A stretch of 64,000 nt of DNA from an uncultured Clostridia bacterium (lineage in GTDB: Bacteria; Bacillota; Clostridia; TANB77; CAG-508). Numbering within the stretch: the stretch's first letter is position 1; each line of letters opens with the position of its first letter. The stretch covers positions 6,280-70,279 of the forward strand of contig CANSTR010000001.1 in the NCBI GenBank assembly GCA_947649935.1, given 5' to 3'. Below the pieces are notes generated by a model that was not told the origin of the DNA, ran no database searches, and worked only from the letters and a program-made list of their open reading frames with translations. This document shows, piece by piece, positions 9,808-19,093 of the stretch. The translations under genes were made by a program, and so were the position numbers.

Positions 9808-10848
9808 TCACATCTTCTCACGAAACTTACTAAACGCCCCAGGTATCGCATATTTCTCCCAAAGTTCCTGCTGTTCCCCCCAAATAAATTTGTCATTCAC
9901 ATTTTCCACAGAAACCTTAAATCCGACCATATCCCACTCTACATGCGAAAAAATATGATGATGTGTCCCCGCCTTTTCCACGCTTTTTACTTGCAACTTC
10001 CAATCTTGCAAAACTTTTTCTATTTCCTTTTTGGTAAGTTTTCCATCCACATTCGGAAACTCATATAAATTCGCAAGCAAACCAGTGCTTTCTCTTTTAC
10101 GAATCGCAATTTTACTTTCACATTCCAATAAAAAAACAGTTTTCTGCTCTTTTTTTCTCTTGATTTTTGCATTTCGTACTGGAATTTCAGCTATTAAACC
10201 TTCTTTTTTCGCTAGACAAATTTCTTGCAAAGGACATTTATCACAAAATGGCTCACCATTTGGCAAACAAATGCGCTCACCAAGTTCCATCAAACCTTCA
10301 TTAAAATCGCCAGCTTGTTTCGGCATGATTTTTTGCAATTTTTCCGTAAATTCTTTTTTCGTTTTTGCTTCCAAAACATCTTTTTTGCTCGCTACAACTC
10401 GGCTTACCACGCGAAGCACATTTCCGTCAACAGCTGGAACTGGCTCGTCATACGCAATCGAAGCAATAGCACCAGCTGTGTATTCGCCAATTCCTGGCAA
10501 CTCTAGCAATTCTTCATAGGATTTCGGCATGTTTCCATCGTATTTTTCTTGTACGATTTGAGCTGCCTTTTTCAAATTTCTGGCACGATTGTAATATCCC
10601 AAACCTTCCCACAATTTCAGCAATTTTTCCTCATTCACTTCTGCTAAATCTTTCACTGTTGGCAAACTCTTTAAAAATCGCTCATAATATCCCATAACCG
10701 CCTCAATTCTAGTCTGTTGTAACATAATCTCTGAAATCCAAATATCATACGGATTTTTTTCCTTTCGCCAAGGCAATTCTCTTTTATTTTGTTGATACCA
10801 TTTTACAATCAACTTTGGCATGTTTTTCATCAAATCTAAATCTTGCAT
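9808..10848 (-). CDS. mutY: A/G-specific adenine DNA glycosylase MutY
   Basis: HhH-GPD motifs (LPGIGEYTAGAIASIA), C-terminal 4Fe-4S Cys cluster (CLPNGEPFCDKCPLQEIC) and NUDIX-like C-terminus. Confidence 0.85.
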   Translation of the reverse strand: MQDLDLMKNMPKLIVKWYQQNKRELPWRKEKNPYDIWISEIMLQQTRIEAVMGYYERFLKSLPTVKDLAEVNEEKLLKLWEGLGYYNRARNLKKAAQIVQEKYDGNMPKSYEELLELPGIGEYTAGAIASIAYDEPVPAVDGNVLRVVSRVVASKKDVLEAKTKKEFTEKLQKIMPKQAGDFNEGLMELGERICLPNGEPFCDKCPLQEICLAKKEGLIAEIPVRNAKIKRKKEQKTVFLLECESKIAIRKRESTGLLANLYEFPNVDGKLTKKEIEKVLQDWKLQVKSVEKAGTHHHIFSHVEWDMVGFKVSVENVNDKFIWGEQQELWEKYAIPGAFSKFREKM

Positions 10849-11048
10849 TTAAACTACTTCTCCAATTCCATTCCTTTACTTTATTATATAATGAAATTCA
10901 GTTTCATTCAAGTCTTTTCACTTTACTTCCCAAAAATAGCAAAAAACTGGAAAAAAATTTATACTTTCCAGTTTTATCCCCTAAATTTCATTATATCACA
11001 TTTTTGTTCTTATGTCAACTTGACAAAATTGCACTTTTGTGCTATGTC

Positions 11049-11405
11049 CTATTTTTCTATTTCCTGTACAATTTCGTCTAAATCTTTGGCAGTTAAATCG
11101 CCTGCTTGGCAAAATGTTAAAAGCATTTCTTTGGCTGAATTGTTGTACAACTTCTTTAGCAATCCTTTTGTAACTTGAACTCGATATTCTTCTTTATCGT
11201 ATACTGGTTTGTAGATATAAGATTTCCCATCTTTTTTGATAGATTGAATCGCTCCTTTTTTCTCTAATCTTCTAATTAACGTTCTAACCGTATTAGATGA
11301 CCAGTTAAAACTTTCTACCTCTTTTATAATTTCATTAGAAGTTGTTTCTTTTTTATTCCAAATAACTTTTAATACTTCCAATTCAGCGTCCGATATTTTT
11401 ACCAT
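11049..11405 (-). CDS. BlaI/MecI/CopY family transcriptional repressor
   Basis: 118 aa, with winged-helix N-terminus (SDAELEVLKVIWNKKETTSNEI…WSSNTVRTLIRRLEKKG). Confidence 0.75.
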   Translation of the reverse strand: MVKISDAELEVLKVIWNKKETTSNEIIKEVESFNWSSNTVRTLIRRLEKKGAIQSIKKDGKSYIYKPVYDKEEYRVQVTKGLLKKLYNNSAKEMLLTFCQAGDLTAKDLDEIVQEIEK

Positions 11406-11620
11406 ATTTTCTTCCCCCTTTACTTAAATTTTTGAAACATTTTTAAAAACAAGCAGTTTCCGTGCTTATTTTAACACACATATTGTTGTAAAATCAATAT
11501 AAATACAGGATTTATTTTTTTATTATGCCCAAATAATAACGTTTATAACACATAATCGCTGATTATAAATCCTTCAAACTCGGCGAAAAATCTATAAAAT
11601 ATAACAGAAGGAGGTACATT

Positions 11621-11860
11621 TTGAAAAAGATTGATAATCGTTCAAATTTTTCTGGCGAATTAATCCGAAGTACTCGCAAAAAGAAAAAACTGAAAAAAGT
11701 TGACGTTTGCAGAGAACTAGAATTGATTGGTGTCGCCATAAATCCAGATGAACTTTACAGAATTGAAAGCTGCAAAATGGTTCTTAAGGATTTTGAATTA
11801 GTTGCTTTGTGCTACATATTGGATATTGATTTTAACGATTTGAAGAAGTTTTACGATTAA
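11621..11860 (+). CDS. Small XRE-family HTH protein
   Basis: 79 aa, good RBS (GGAGG), HTH-like segment. Confidence 0.45.
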   Translation: MKKIDNRSNFSGELIRSTRKKKKLKKVDVCRELELIGVAINPDELYRIESCKMVLKDFELVALCYILDIDFNDLKKFYD

Positions 11861-12859
11861 TTATCCTAAAAAGTTGGTAATTAAAATGGCTAGAACATAT
11901 CCAATCGCGCCTGAAATTGGAAAGTTCCAAAACCAGGCTTTACAAATACTAAGCACTTTTGATTGATCGATTTTCGTTTTTTCATTTTTACCAATTGCAA
12001 TAATCGACATGGTTTTTGCATGTGTTGTACTAACTGGAATTCCCGTCATACTTGCTATAAACAGCGTAAAAACAGTTGTAATATCACTCAAAAGTGCTTG
12101 CTTGTTATCTAGTTCTACCATTTCTCCACCAATATTATCCACTATCTTTTTGCCCCCAATCGAAACCCCCATCGCCATGATAACCGCTACATACAAAATA
12201 ATCCAAACATTGTCCCAAGCACTTACATTTTCTGGTATTGCTACATTTCTTACTAAACTAAAAAATAGAATCAAAATTCCAATGAATTTTTGCCCATCTT
12301 GTGCACCATGCATAAAAGACATTCCACAACAACCAATAATTTGCCATTTTTCAATCTCGCTTTTTTTCTGAAAAGTAAAAAATTTCTCCGCTATCTTGGA
12401 AATTGCAAATCCAACAACCAACGTTCCCAAAATTGACCACACCAGCCCAATAATGACATTCATCCATTCGGCAAAGCTTACGGAATGCCAACCATAAATG
12501 GCAACCGCACTTCCTGTTAAACCTGCAATTAATCCATGTGTTTCACTGGTTGGTATACCAAATCTCATGGCAATAAGTGAAAATAGAATGACTGCAATCA
12601 TTGCAGAAACAAGCACAACAATGCCATGTTCACTGTCATTCAAATTGACCATGGAGCTAATGCAATCTGCCACAGAAATATTAATGAAGCTCATCACAAT
12701 AATGCCAATAAAATTGAAAACTGCACTTAATTTGGCTGCTTTGCGAAATGGCATCACTTTGGTTCCAACCAAGGTAGCAATTGCATTCGGCGCATCTGTT
12801 ATGGCATTCGTAAAAATTAAAATTATAACGGTTATAAATGTTAAAATATAAATTATCAA
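11861..12859 (-). CDS. Inorganic phosphate transporter, PiT family
   Basis: 332 aa polytopic protein with duplicated PiT signatures (NAITDAPNAIAT…, GAQDGQKFIG). Confidence 0.8.
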   Translation of the reverse strand: MIIYILTFITVIILIFTNAITDAPNAIATLVGTKVMPFRKAAKLSAVFNFIGIIVMSFINISVADCISSMVNLNDSEHGIVVLVSAMIAVILFSLIAMRFGIPTSETHGLIAGLTGSAVAIYGWHSVSFAEWMNVIIGLVWSILGTLVVGFAISKIAEKFFTFQKKSEIEKWQIIGCCGMSFMHGAQDGQKFIGILILFFSLVRNVAIPENVSAWDNVWIILYVAVIMAMGVSIGGKKIVDNIGGEMVELDNKQALLSDITTVFTLFIASMTGIPVSTTHAKTMSIIAIGKNEKTKIDQSKVLSICKAWFWNFPISGAIGYVLAILITNFLG

Positions 12860-12942
12860 TTTTTTCTCATTTCCTCTTTATTTTCGTTCTATTTAAGTAT
12901 ATAATAGATATATTATATTATTACCTTAAGAGGAGATTTTTA

Positions 12943-14076
12943 ATGACTTTTTACAAAAAAATTTTAATTTTATTATTTTTTCTTCTATTCATGAACTTTT
13001 TCACAACCAGAACTGTTTTCGCAGACGAGCCTATGATTTATTCTCCTTCTGCTATTTTGATTGACAGCAATACAGGAACTGTTTTATATGAAAAAGAAGC
13101 AAACGCCTTAATGTACCCGGCTAGTACAACCAAAGTTTTGACTGCCATCATTGCCATCGAAAGTTGTTCTCTTGATGAAAAAACAGTTGCCAGTGAGCAG
13201 GCAATTACTTCTATCAAAAGTGGATACACCAATGCCAAAATTCAAGTTGGCGAAGAATTAACTATTGAAGATTTGTTGTATGCATTAATGTTGAAATCTG
13301 CCAACGAAGCTGCAAACGTGATTGCAGAGTATATTGGCGGCACCAGCGAAAATTTTGCTAACATCATGAATGCAAAAGCCATTGAACTTGGCTGCACCAG
13401 TACACATTTTGTCAATGCCAATGGCATTCATGATGAAAATCATTATACCACCGCTTCTGATTTGGCAAAAATCACACGATATTGCATGCAAAATAAATTG
13501 TTTAGGCACATTGCTTCCACTGAAGAATACACGCTTCCTGCAACGCCACAATATCCCATAGGAGACCGTGTTTTAAAAAACACAAATAGTTTGATGAACC
13601 GCGAAAGTCCTTATTATTATCCGTATGTAATTGGTGGAAAAACTGGCTTTACGACACAAGCTAAGAATTGCATGATTGCGATGAGTTTGAAAGATGGGTT
13701 AGAATTAATTTCGATTGTGTTTCATGCAGAAACAACCGAAGATGGCAGAAGCGCCAGATATTTGGATACGATTAGTTTGCTAGAATACGGCAACAACAAT
13801 TTTATGCAATATGCTGTTTCTACCGAAAAAACTGCCCAAGAAAAAATGAGCGAAATGCCAATCTCGGATTCTGCTACTATTGCAGAAAGCTCAGATAGCA
13901 TTCAAAACGCCACACCAGAAACGTCAGAATCAACCAGCATCCAGTTCTGGCCAATTCTAGTGATTGTTATTATTTTAATCGTTATTAGAGTTGTTGTTGC
14001 TTTTTTGCAACACAGAATTATTGTTTTTCGTGCTGGAAAAATCAAGAAACGTGCAAGAAAATTTCTAAATCCATAA
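12943..14076 (+). CDS. D-alanyl-D-alanine carboxypeptidase (S11, PBP5-like) with C-terminal membrane anchor
   Basis: Start MTFYKK at 12943 (RBS AAGAGGAG). Signal peptide, SxxK motif (ASTTKVLTA), SxN (LKSANEAAN) and KTG (GGKTGFT). Confidence 0.85.
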   Translation: MTFYKKILILLFFLLFMNFFTTRTVFADEPMIYSPSAILIDSNTGTVLYEKEANALMYPASTTKVLTAIIAIESCSLDEKTVASEQAITSIKSGYTNAKIQVGEELTIEDLLYALMLKSANEAANVIAEYIGGTSENFANIMNAKAIELGCTSTHFVNANGIHDENHYTTASDLAKITRYCMQNKLFRHIASTEEYTLPATPQYPIGDRVLKNTNSLMNRESPYYYPYVIGGKTGFTTQAKNCMIAMSLKDGLELISIVFHAETTEDGRSARYLDTISLLEYGNNNFMQYAVSTEKTAQEKMSEMPISDSATIAESSDSIQNATPETSESTSIQFWPILVIVIILIVIRVVVAFLQHRIIVFRAGKIKKRARKFLNP

Positions 14077-14077
14077 A

Positions 14078-14101
14078 ACCTGCCAACAAGGCAGGTTTTA
14101 T
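14078..14101. terminator. Bidirectional rho-independent terminator
   Basis: AAACCTGCC-aacaa-GGCAGGTTT hairpin flanked by T/A runs, between convergent genes. Confidence 0.7.
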
Positions 14102-14104
14102 AAA

Positions 14105-14413
14105 TTATCTTTTTTCTTGATTCATATTTTTCTGATCTTTATCTAATGGTACAACTTTTAATGTATAACCCATAGGATATAGCAATCGAATTAAAGTGCT
14201 TGCCTGTGGAGAACGTGCCAAACTTTCAATTTTTGCAATCGATGGCTGAATAATTCCACTTTTTTCACTTAATTGACGTTGGGTTAAGTTTGACTTTTTC
14301 CTAGCTTTAATCATTGCTTTTATTAAGTCTTTTTCCAATTCAATTTCAGCTTCTTCTTCTGGTGTTATATTCAATTCTTTTCTAAAATCTTTCCAATTAG
14401 TAAACTCACTCAT
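14105..14413 (-). CDS. HTH XRE-family antitoxin (HigA-like)
   Basis: 102 aa with HTH (SNLTQRQLSEKSGIIQPSIAKIE). Immediately downstream of the RelE/ParE-family toxin gene with a 3-nt gap. Confidence 0.7.
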   Translation of the reverse strand: MSEFTNWKDFRKELNITPEEEAEIELEKDLIKAMIKARKKSNLTQRQLSEKSGIIQPSIAKIESLARSPQASTLIRLLYPMGYTLKVVPLDKDQKNMNQEKR

Positions 14414-14416
14414 TTT

Positions 14417-14773
14417 TTAACTCCTATCTTTATAATCTTTTAAGAATCTTTTTGCTTTTTCTATTTCACTTTTTGGTGTTTTCTGTGTTTGTTTCATAAA
14501 CACACTTAATAATATAAATTTATTATGTTGCCAACTAGCAAAAAGTATTCTGTCCCTCAATGGACGTAGCTCCCATATATTTTTGTTAAGCTTCTTTATA
14601 TATGGTTCTTTTAGTTTTAAACCACTCTCAGCCAATAAATCAATATACCCTATTATCTTTGCAAATTTTATTTTATCATGTTTGCTTGTATGTTTTTTAC
14701 TTTCTAATTCTTTAATATATTCCTTTATTTCGCTTTTTCCATTTTTATCTTCATATATTTCAATGTCGTACAT
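14417..14773 (-). CDS. Type II TA system RelE/ParE-family (HigB / phage Gp49-like) toxin
   Basis: 118 aa. Gp49/DUF891-like pattern (…IWELRP…RILFASWQHNKFILLSVFMKQTQKTPKSEIEKA). Confidence 0.7.
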   Translation of the reverse strand: MYDIEIYEDKNGKSEIKEYIKELESKKHTSKHDKIKFAKIIGYIDLLAESGLKLKEPYIKKLNKNIWELRPLRDRILFASWQHNKFILLSVFMKQTQKTPKSEIEKAKRFLKDYKDRS

Positions 14774-14833
14774 TTGTTACTCCTTTCTTATTATATCTTA
14801 AAAAGCATCAAAAGTCAATACCTTTTACAAAAT

Positions 14834-15463
14834 TTATTTTACTGCGATATAATCTTTTATATTATTAAATTTACTATCTCCAATTCCAGAAACATTTTTG
14901 ATATCTTCAATTGCTTTAAATTTGCCATTTTCCTCTCGGTAAGCTACAATTTTCTGTGCTGTCGATTCTCCGACTCCTGGAATGGCTGTTAATTCAGAGG
15001 CTGTTGCTTTGTTGATGTTAATTTTTCCTTTTGAATTACTGCTTGAGCCTGTCAAACTTTCAGTCGCAGTCGCAGTCCCAGCACCTTCCGCCATTTCTGT
15101 AGATTCTTCTGACTGATTTGGTATGTAAATTTTTTCGCCATCTTCTACTTCATACGCCAGATTGACATCTTCTAAATTGGCTTCTGGTTTGATTCCACCA
15201 GCTGCTTCTATGGCATCTTGTATTCTCGCCCCCTCCTCTAATTCAATGACTCCTGGGTTATTAACTTCCCCTGTCACATACACTTTTATCGTGCTCTTTT
15301 CCTCCACGACTTCTTCTGTTGTTGTATGATTTGCAACAACACTGTCTGCTAAAAGATTGTCATAATTCTCACTTTCTTCTTTATGACTTGAAAAATAATA
15401 CGCAATTGCCAAAATTGCTACGATAGCAACTATGGCTATTTTAATTCCTGTTTGTTTATCCAT
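14834..15463 (-). CDS. comEA: ComEA family DNA-binding competence protein (SLBB + tandem HhH)
   Basis: N-terminal TM, an SLBB-like segment (KVYVTGEVNNPGVIELEEGARIQDAIEAAGG) and C-terminal HhH (ININKATASELTAIPGVGESTAQKIVAYREENGKF). Confidence 0.85.
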   Translation of the reverse strand: MDKQTGIKIAIVAIVAILAIAYYFSSHKEESENYDNLLADSVVANHTTTEEVVEEKSTIKVYVTGEVNNPGVIELEEGARIQDAIEAAGGIKPEANLEDVNLAYEVEDGEKIYIPNQSEESTEMAEGAGTATATESLTGSSSNSKGKININKATASELTAIPGVGESTAQKIVAYREENGKFKAIEDIKNVSGIGDSKFNNIKDYIAVK

Positions 15464-15551
15464 GATTCATCATCCTTTCTATTTTTATTTTTAATTTTTG
15501 TTGAATTGTGTCGACTTTTCCTATATAATGTTACATAGTTTGAAATAAGAA

Positions 15552-16817
15552 ATGGAGTATTTTATGAAATTGAAACCTAAACTTTTACTGATTTTTTTCC
15601 TTTGTTTGATTTTTTGGGAGTCCTTTTGCATGGCTTATGAGCCAGAAATTGCATCGACTGCTGCCATCTTAGTCGAAGAAAGCACACAGAAAATTTTATA
15701 TGAAAAAAATGCTTATGAAAAAATGTACCCAGCAAGCACGACGAAAATTTTGACCGCCATTTTAACACTCGAAAATTGCAAACTAGATGAAATGGCAACC
15801 GTTAGCCGTAATGCCGTTTACTCTTTGCCAGCAGGTTATGTGAATGCAAATTTGCAACCTGGCGAAGAAATGACTGTCAAAGACCTGCTATATGCCTTAA
15901 TGGTAAAATCCGCCAACGATGCTGCTATCGTTTTGGCAGAACACGTTGGTGGCTCTGTCGAAAATTTTGCTGAAATGATGAATGCTACGGCACGCGAACT
16001 CGGTTGCCAAAACACGCACTTCGTGAATCCGAATGGAATTCATCAGGAAAATCATTATACAACTGCTTATGATTTGTATTTGATGGCTTCTTATTGCATG
16101 AAAAATGAAACATTTCAAAAATATGTGTCAACTACTTCCTATACTTTACCAGCAACTAACCAATATCCCGCTACAGACAGAATTTGCACCACAACAAATG
16201 ACATGCTTCGCCCCAAAAGTCAATATTATAACGAAAATGTAATCGGCATAAAAACTGGCTATACAACAGAAGCTAAAAATTGTTTGATTGCAGGTGCTAG
16301 GAAAAATAACATAGAACTAATTTCCGTCGTGCTACAAGGTGGCACCAACAGCGACGGTTTGAGTGAAAGATATGTTGATACAAATGCGTTATTTGATTAT
16401 GGTTTTGACGATTTTGCAGTTACAGATTTTGTAAAAGAAAATGATGTGATTCAAAATATTGAAATTGAAAATGCAAATAACGATACGAAAAGTCTGGATT
16501 TGTTAGCAAAAGATACTTTGTCTACCTATTTAAATACCGAATTTGATGTGGCAAATTTAGAGCCAGAAATTACTTTAAATGAAAATTTGGAAGCACCAAT
16601 TGCTATTAATAGCGTGCTTGGAAAAGTGACTTATACAATTGATGGAACACAATATACAACAGAACTTTTGGCAAGTCATAATGTTGAAAAAAAAATTGAC
16701 ACACAAATCATTCTTTTTACTGCTGGGGTTTTGTTGTTAGCGGTTGGAATCACCATTTTGGTTTCACAACATAGACATAAAAAGAAAAAATCCAAAAAGA
16801 AGAAGACAAGGAAATAA
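15552..16817 (+). CDS. D-alanyl-D-alanine carboxypeptidase paralog (S11) with C-terminal anchor
   Basis: ASTTKILTA (SxxK), VKSANDAA (SxN), IKTGYT (KTG). About 45-50% identical to the 12943..14076 protein. Alternative start at 15564 (MKLKPK). Confidence 0.85.
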   Translation: MEYFMKLKPKLLLIFFLCLIFWESFCMAYEPEIASTAAILVEESTQKILYEKNAYEKMYPASTTKILTAILTLENCKLDEMATVSRNAVYSLPAGYVNANLQPGEEMTVKDLLYALMVKSANDAAIVLAEHVGGSVENFAEMMNATARELGCQNTHFVNPNGIHQENHYTTAYDLYLMASYCMKNETFQKYVSTTSYTLPATNQYPATDRICTTTNDMLRPKSQYYNENVIGIKTGYTTEAKNCLIAGARKNNIELISVVLQGGTNSDGLSERYVDTNALFDYGFDDFAVTDFVKENDVIQNIEIENANNDTKSLDLLAKDTLSTYLNTEFDVANLEPEITLNENLEAPIAINSVLGKVTYTIDGTQYTTELLASHNVEKKIDTQIILFTAGVLLLAVGITILVSQHRHKKKKSKKKKTRK

Positions 16818-16848
16818 AAATTATTTCCTTGTTTATTATATAAGCTTG

Positions 16849-16874
16849 TTTTGAAAAAAGCAAGCTTTTTTTCT
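16849..16874 (+). terminator. Terminator downstream of the second dac gene
   Basis: AAAAAAGCAAGCTTTTTTT palindrome followed by a T-run. Confidence 0.5.
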
Positions 16875-16892
16875 ATTTTTTAAAAAAAGAAA

Positions 16893-16925
16893 AAACACCT
16901 TTATTAAAACATGGTGTTTCTCCTC
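16893..16925 (-). terminator. Terminator downstream of small membrane ORF
   Basis: AAACACC…GGTGTTT hairpin with a U-run on the minus transcript. Confidence 0.45.
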
Positions 16926-16954
16926 TTTTAGTGCTGGGCTGGGATAATCAATCA

Positions 16955-17182
16955 TTACTTTTTTTTCTGACTGGCAATCCTATAGCCAGCATCAAAAGAA
17001 ATCAGAGATGTTCCAAAAACAGGCAAGATAATATCTATACTATCTATTGCCCCAATCCCATCTAAACAAGCAGCTACAAAAAACAGACATCCAAATCCAA
17101 CTGCCAATAATAATCCAGTAATTACTGGTCTTTTTTGAAAAAATTTTTTTAATCTTCTCATAAAGTTCCTCCTTTGCCTCAT
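16955..17182 (-). CDS. Small hydrophobic protein (75 aa), 2 predicted TM
   Basis: ORF bracketed by terminators; basic N-terminus then hydrophobic segments. Confidence 0.3.
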   Translation of the reverse strand: MRQRRNFMRRLKKFFQKRPVITGLLLAVGFGCLFFVAACLDGIGAIDSIDIILPVFGTSLISFDAGYRIASQKKK

Positions 17183-17256
17183 AGGCGATGTATATTTTCC
17201 CGATATTTTATGTTAATTATATTTTAACATATTTTACATAAAATGTCAAGTTTTTT

Positions 17257-18324
17257 TTATTTTTTCGTAGATTTTTTAGATTTCGTCGTGTTAGTAGTAT
17301 TCGTAGTATTGTTCACTTCAATGGCTGTGTTTTGGTCTTCTGCTGTTTGCGTATTATCGATTCCTTCCACGTAATTTGTCATCTCTTTGATAATTTTTTC
17401 TGTTTCTTCCTCATCATAAACAACAAAACTTAGTTTATTATATTCTTGCGGATTTGCCACTACTTGATTGCTACTAATATTCGCTGTATCAAAGCTAACT
17501 GCCCATGGCACATAAGGGAAGATATCATCTAACTTCAAATTCGTTTCTACGTTTTGAAAAATCGTTGTCATGATACTTTTTATATGCGTAATATTCTTCA
17601 ATTTTAACGTTTGTTTTGCCACTTCCACCATGAACTCACGTTGCGTTTTCATTCTGCCATAATCGTTATCGCCATATTCGGAAGGATATGATGTTCCATT
17701 GTTATTATGGCGAAATCTTAGCAATTGCTCTGCATGGTCACCATCCAACTTTTGATAGCCTTTGTCTAAATGAATATGCAAATTCTGCGTTTTGTCATCA
17801 TAATTCATTTTAATTGGCACATCAAAATAAACACCACCAATATCGTTAACCAAATCAATTACCACTTGGTTATTGACAACAACATAATATTGAAGATTCA
17901 TTCCCGTTATTTCATTCACTGCTTTTAATGTGCCTTCTGCACCTTTACTTCCATAAACGGCATTAATCTTGTCATAACCATTTGCTTTGGACTTATTTTT
18001 TCCAATATACGTATCCCTTGGAATCGACAACATCGATGCCCTTTGCGTTTTTGGGTTATAGGAACAAACCATAATGGTGTCTGTTAATTTCGAATCCAAG
18101 TCCTCACTAATTCCCAAAACTAATACATCAATTGTGTCTAAATCCTCCAATTTCTCCATATCTTGCCCCAAAACAGTAGCCAATATTCCTTGCAGTCCAC
18201 CACCATTCTTGGCAACAGAATAGCCCAAATAGGAACCTAATATTAATATCAAAAATAATACAATGACTAATATAAATTTTCCAACATTACTTTTTTTCTT
18301 TTTTTCCTTTTTTCTTCTTCCCAA
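17257..18324 (-). CDS. LCP family (LytR-CpsA-Psr) cell-envelope phosphotransferase
   Basis: N-terminal TM. LCP core pattern (DTIMV…SIPRDTY…INAVY…, RFRH). Confidence 0.8.
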   Translation of the reverse strand: MGRRKKEKKKKSNVGKFILVIVLFLILILGSYLGYSVAKNGGGLQGILATVLGQDMEKLEDLDTIDVLVLGISEDLDSKLTDTIMVCSYNPKTQRASMLSIPRDTYIGKNKSKANGYDKINAVYGSKGAEGTLKAVNEITGMNLQYYVVVNNQVVIDLVNDIGGVYFDVPIKMNYDDKTQNLHIHLDKGYQKLDGDHAEQLLRFRHNNNGTSYPSEYGDNDYGRMKTQREFMVEVAKQTLKLKNITHIKSIMTTIFQNVETNLKLDDIFPYVPWAVSFDTANISSNQVVANPQEYNKLSFVVYDEEETEKIIKEMTNYVEGIDNTQTAEDQNTAIEVNNTTNTTNTTKSKKSTKK

Positions 18325-18337
18325 ATTACCATCTCCA

Positions 18338-19093
18338 CTATAAGAATTTAAATATCACATTTAACAGGATATTATGATAAAACATCTTGCTCGCAACCCA
18401 AGATTGGTCTACTGCTTGTAAAACAACAGTGTCGCTTATCATTGGTGCCATTAGCGATAAAACAGCAAGTATTACATACACTAACAAAAACCCCTTGACA
18501 ACACCATATACCATTCCACCAGAACTGTTAATCACTCGAATAAATGGCAAATTTGCTAAAAAGTCAACAGAGTTTCTCAAAATAGAAAGCAAAACTCGAA
18601 TGATAGCAAATAAACCTAAAAATACAATTGCGCTGACAATTTTATAAGCAATTTCGCCAGATACCTTTGCAACCATATCCTCTGTTGTATTTTGAACCAT
18701 TTGATTCACGTTTTCCCCGATGGACACATTGGTTGCATTTTCAATCATTCGATTCATGTCTTCCCCCATGAACACACTGAGAATGTCATTCATAGCATTG
18801 TCGTCTTCTTTTTGCATCATCATACTTTCGTTGGTTTCCTTTATCAACAAGCCACTAAGATTTTCTGTCAATGTACTTTTTAAGCTTTGCGCCATTTGCG
18901 TGTTGTTGAACACATAATTGCTCACTGGTCGATACAAAATAAAAACCAAAATAATCGCTACAATCGTAGAAAGTATATTAAAGACCACTTTCGCCAGCCC
19001 CATTTTGTATCCAGCCACGGCATTCCCTGCTAGGATGATGAATAAAATTACATCTACTATGATACCCATAATTACCTTCCTCCTATACATCAA
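18338..19093 (-). CDS. CvpA-family membrane protein
   Basis: 251 aa, four hydrophobic helices, N-terminal CvpA-like layout. Overlaps the upstream gene by 11 nt. Confidence 0.45.
   Translation of the reverse strand: MMYRRKVIMGIIVDVILFIILAGNAVAGYKMGLAKVVFNILSTIVAIILVFILYRPVSNYVFNNTQMAQSLKSTLTENLSGLLIKETNESMMMQKEDDNAMNDILSVFMGEDMNRMIENATNVSIGENVNQMVQNTTEDMVAKVSGEIAYKIVSAIVFLGLFAIIRVLLSILRNSVDFLANLPFIRVINSSGGMVYGVVKGFLLVYVILAVLSLMAPMISDTVVLQAVDQSWVASKMFYHNILLNVIFKFL

Noticed and set aside
12838-12942. Upstream extension of the first dac ORF (ORF-track start 12838) overlapping the end of the PiT transporter gene
   Set aside because: There is no RBS, and the added residues are hydrophobic junk ahead of a clear RBS + ATG + signal peptide at 12943.
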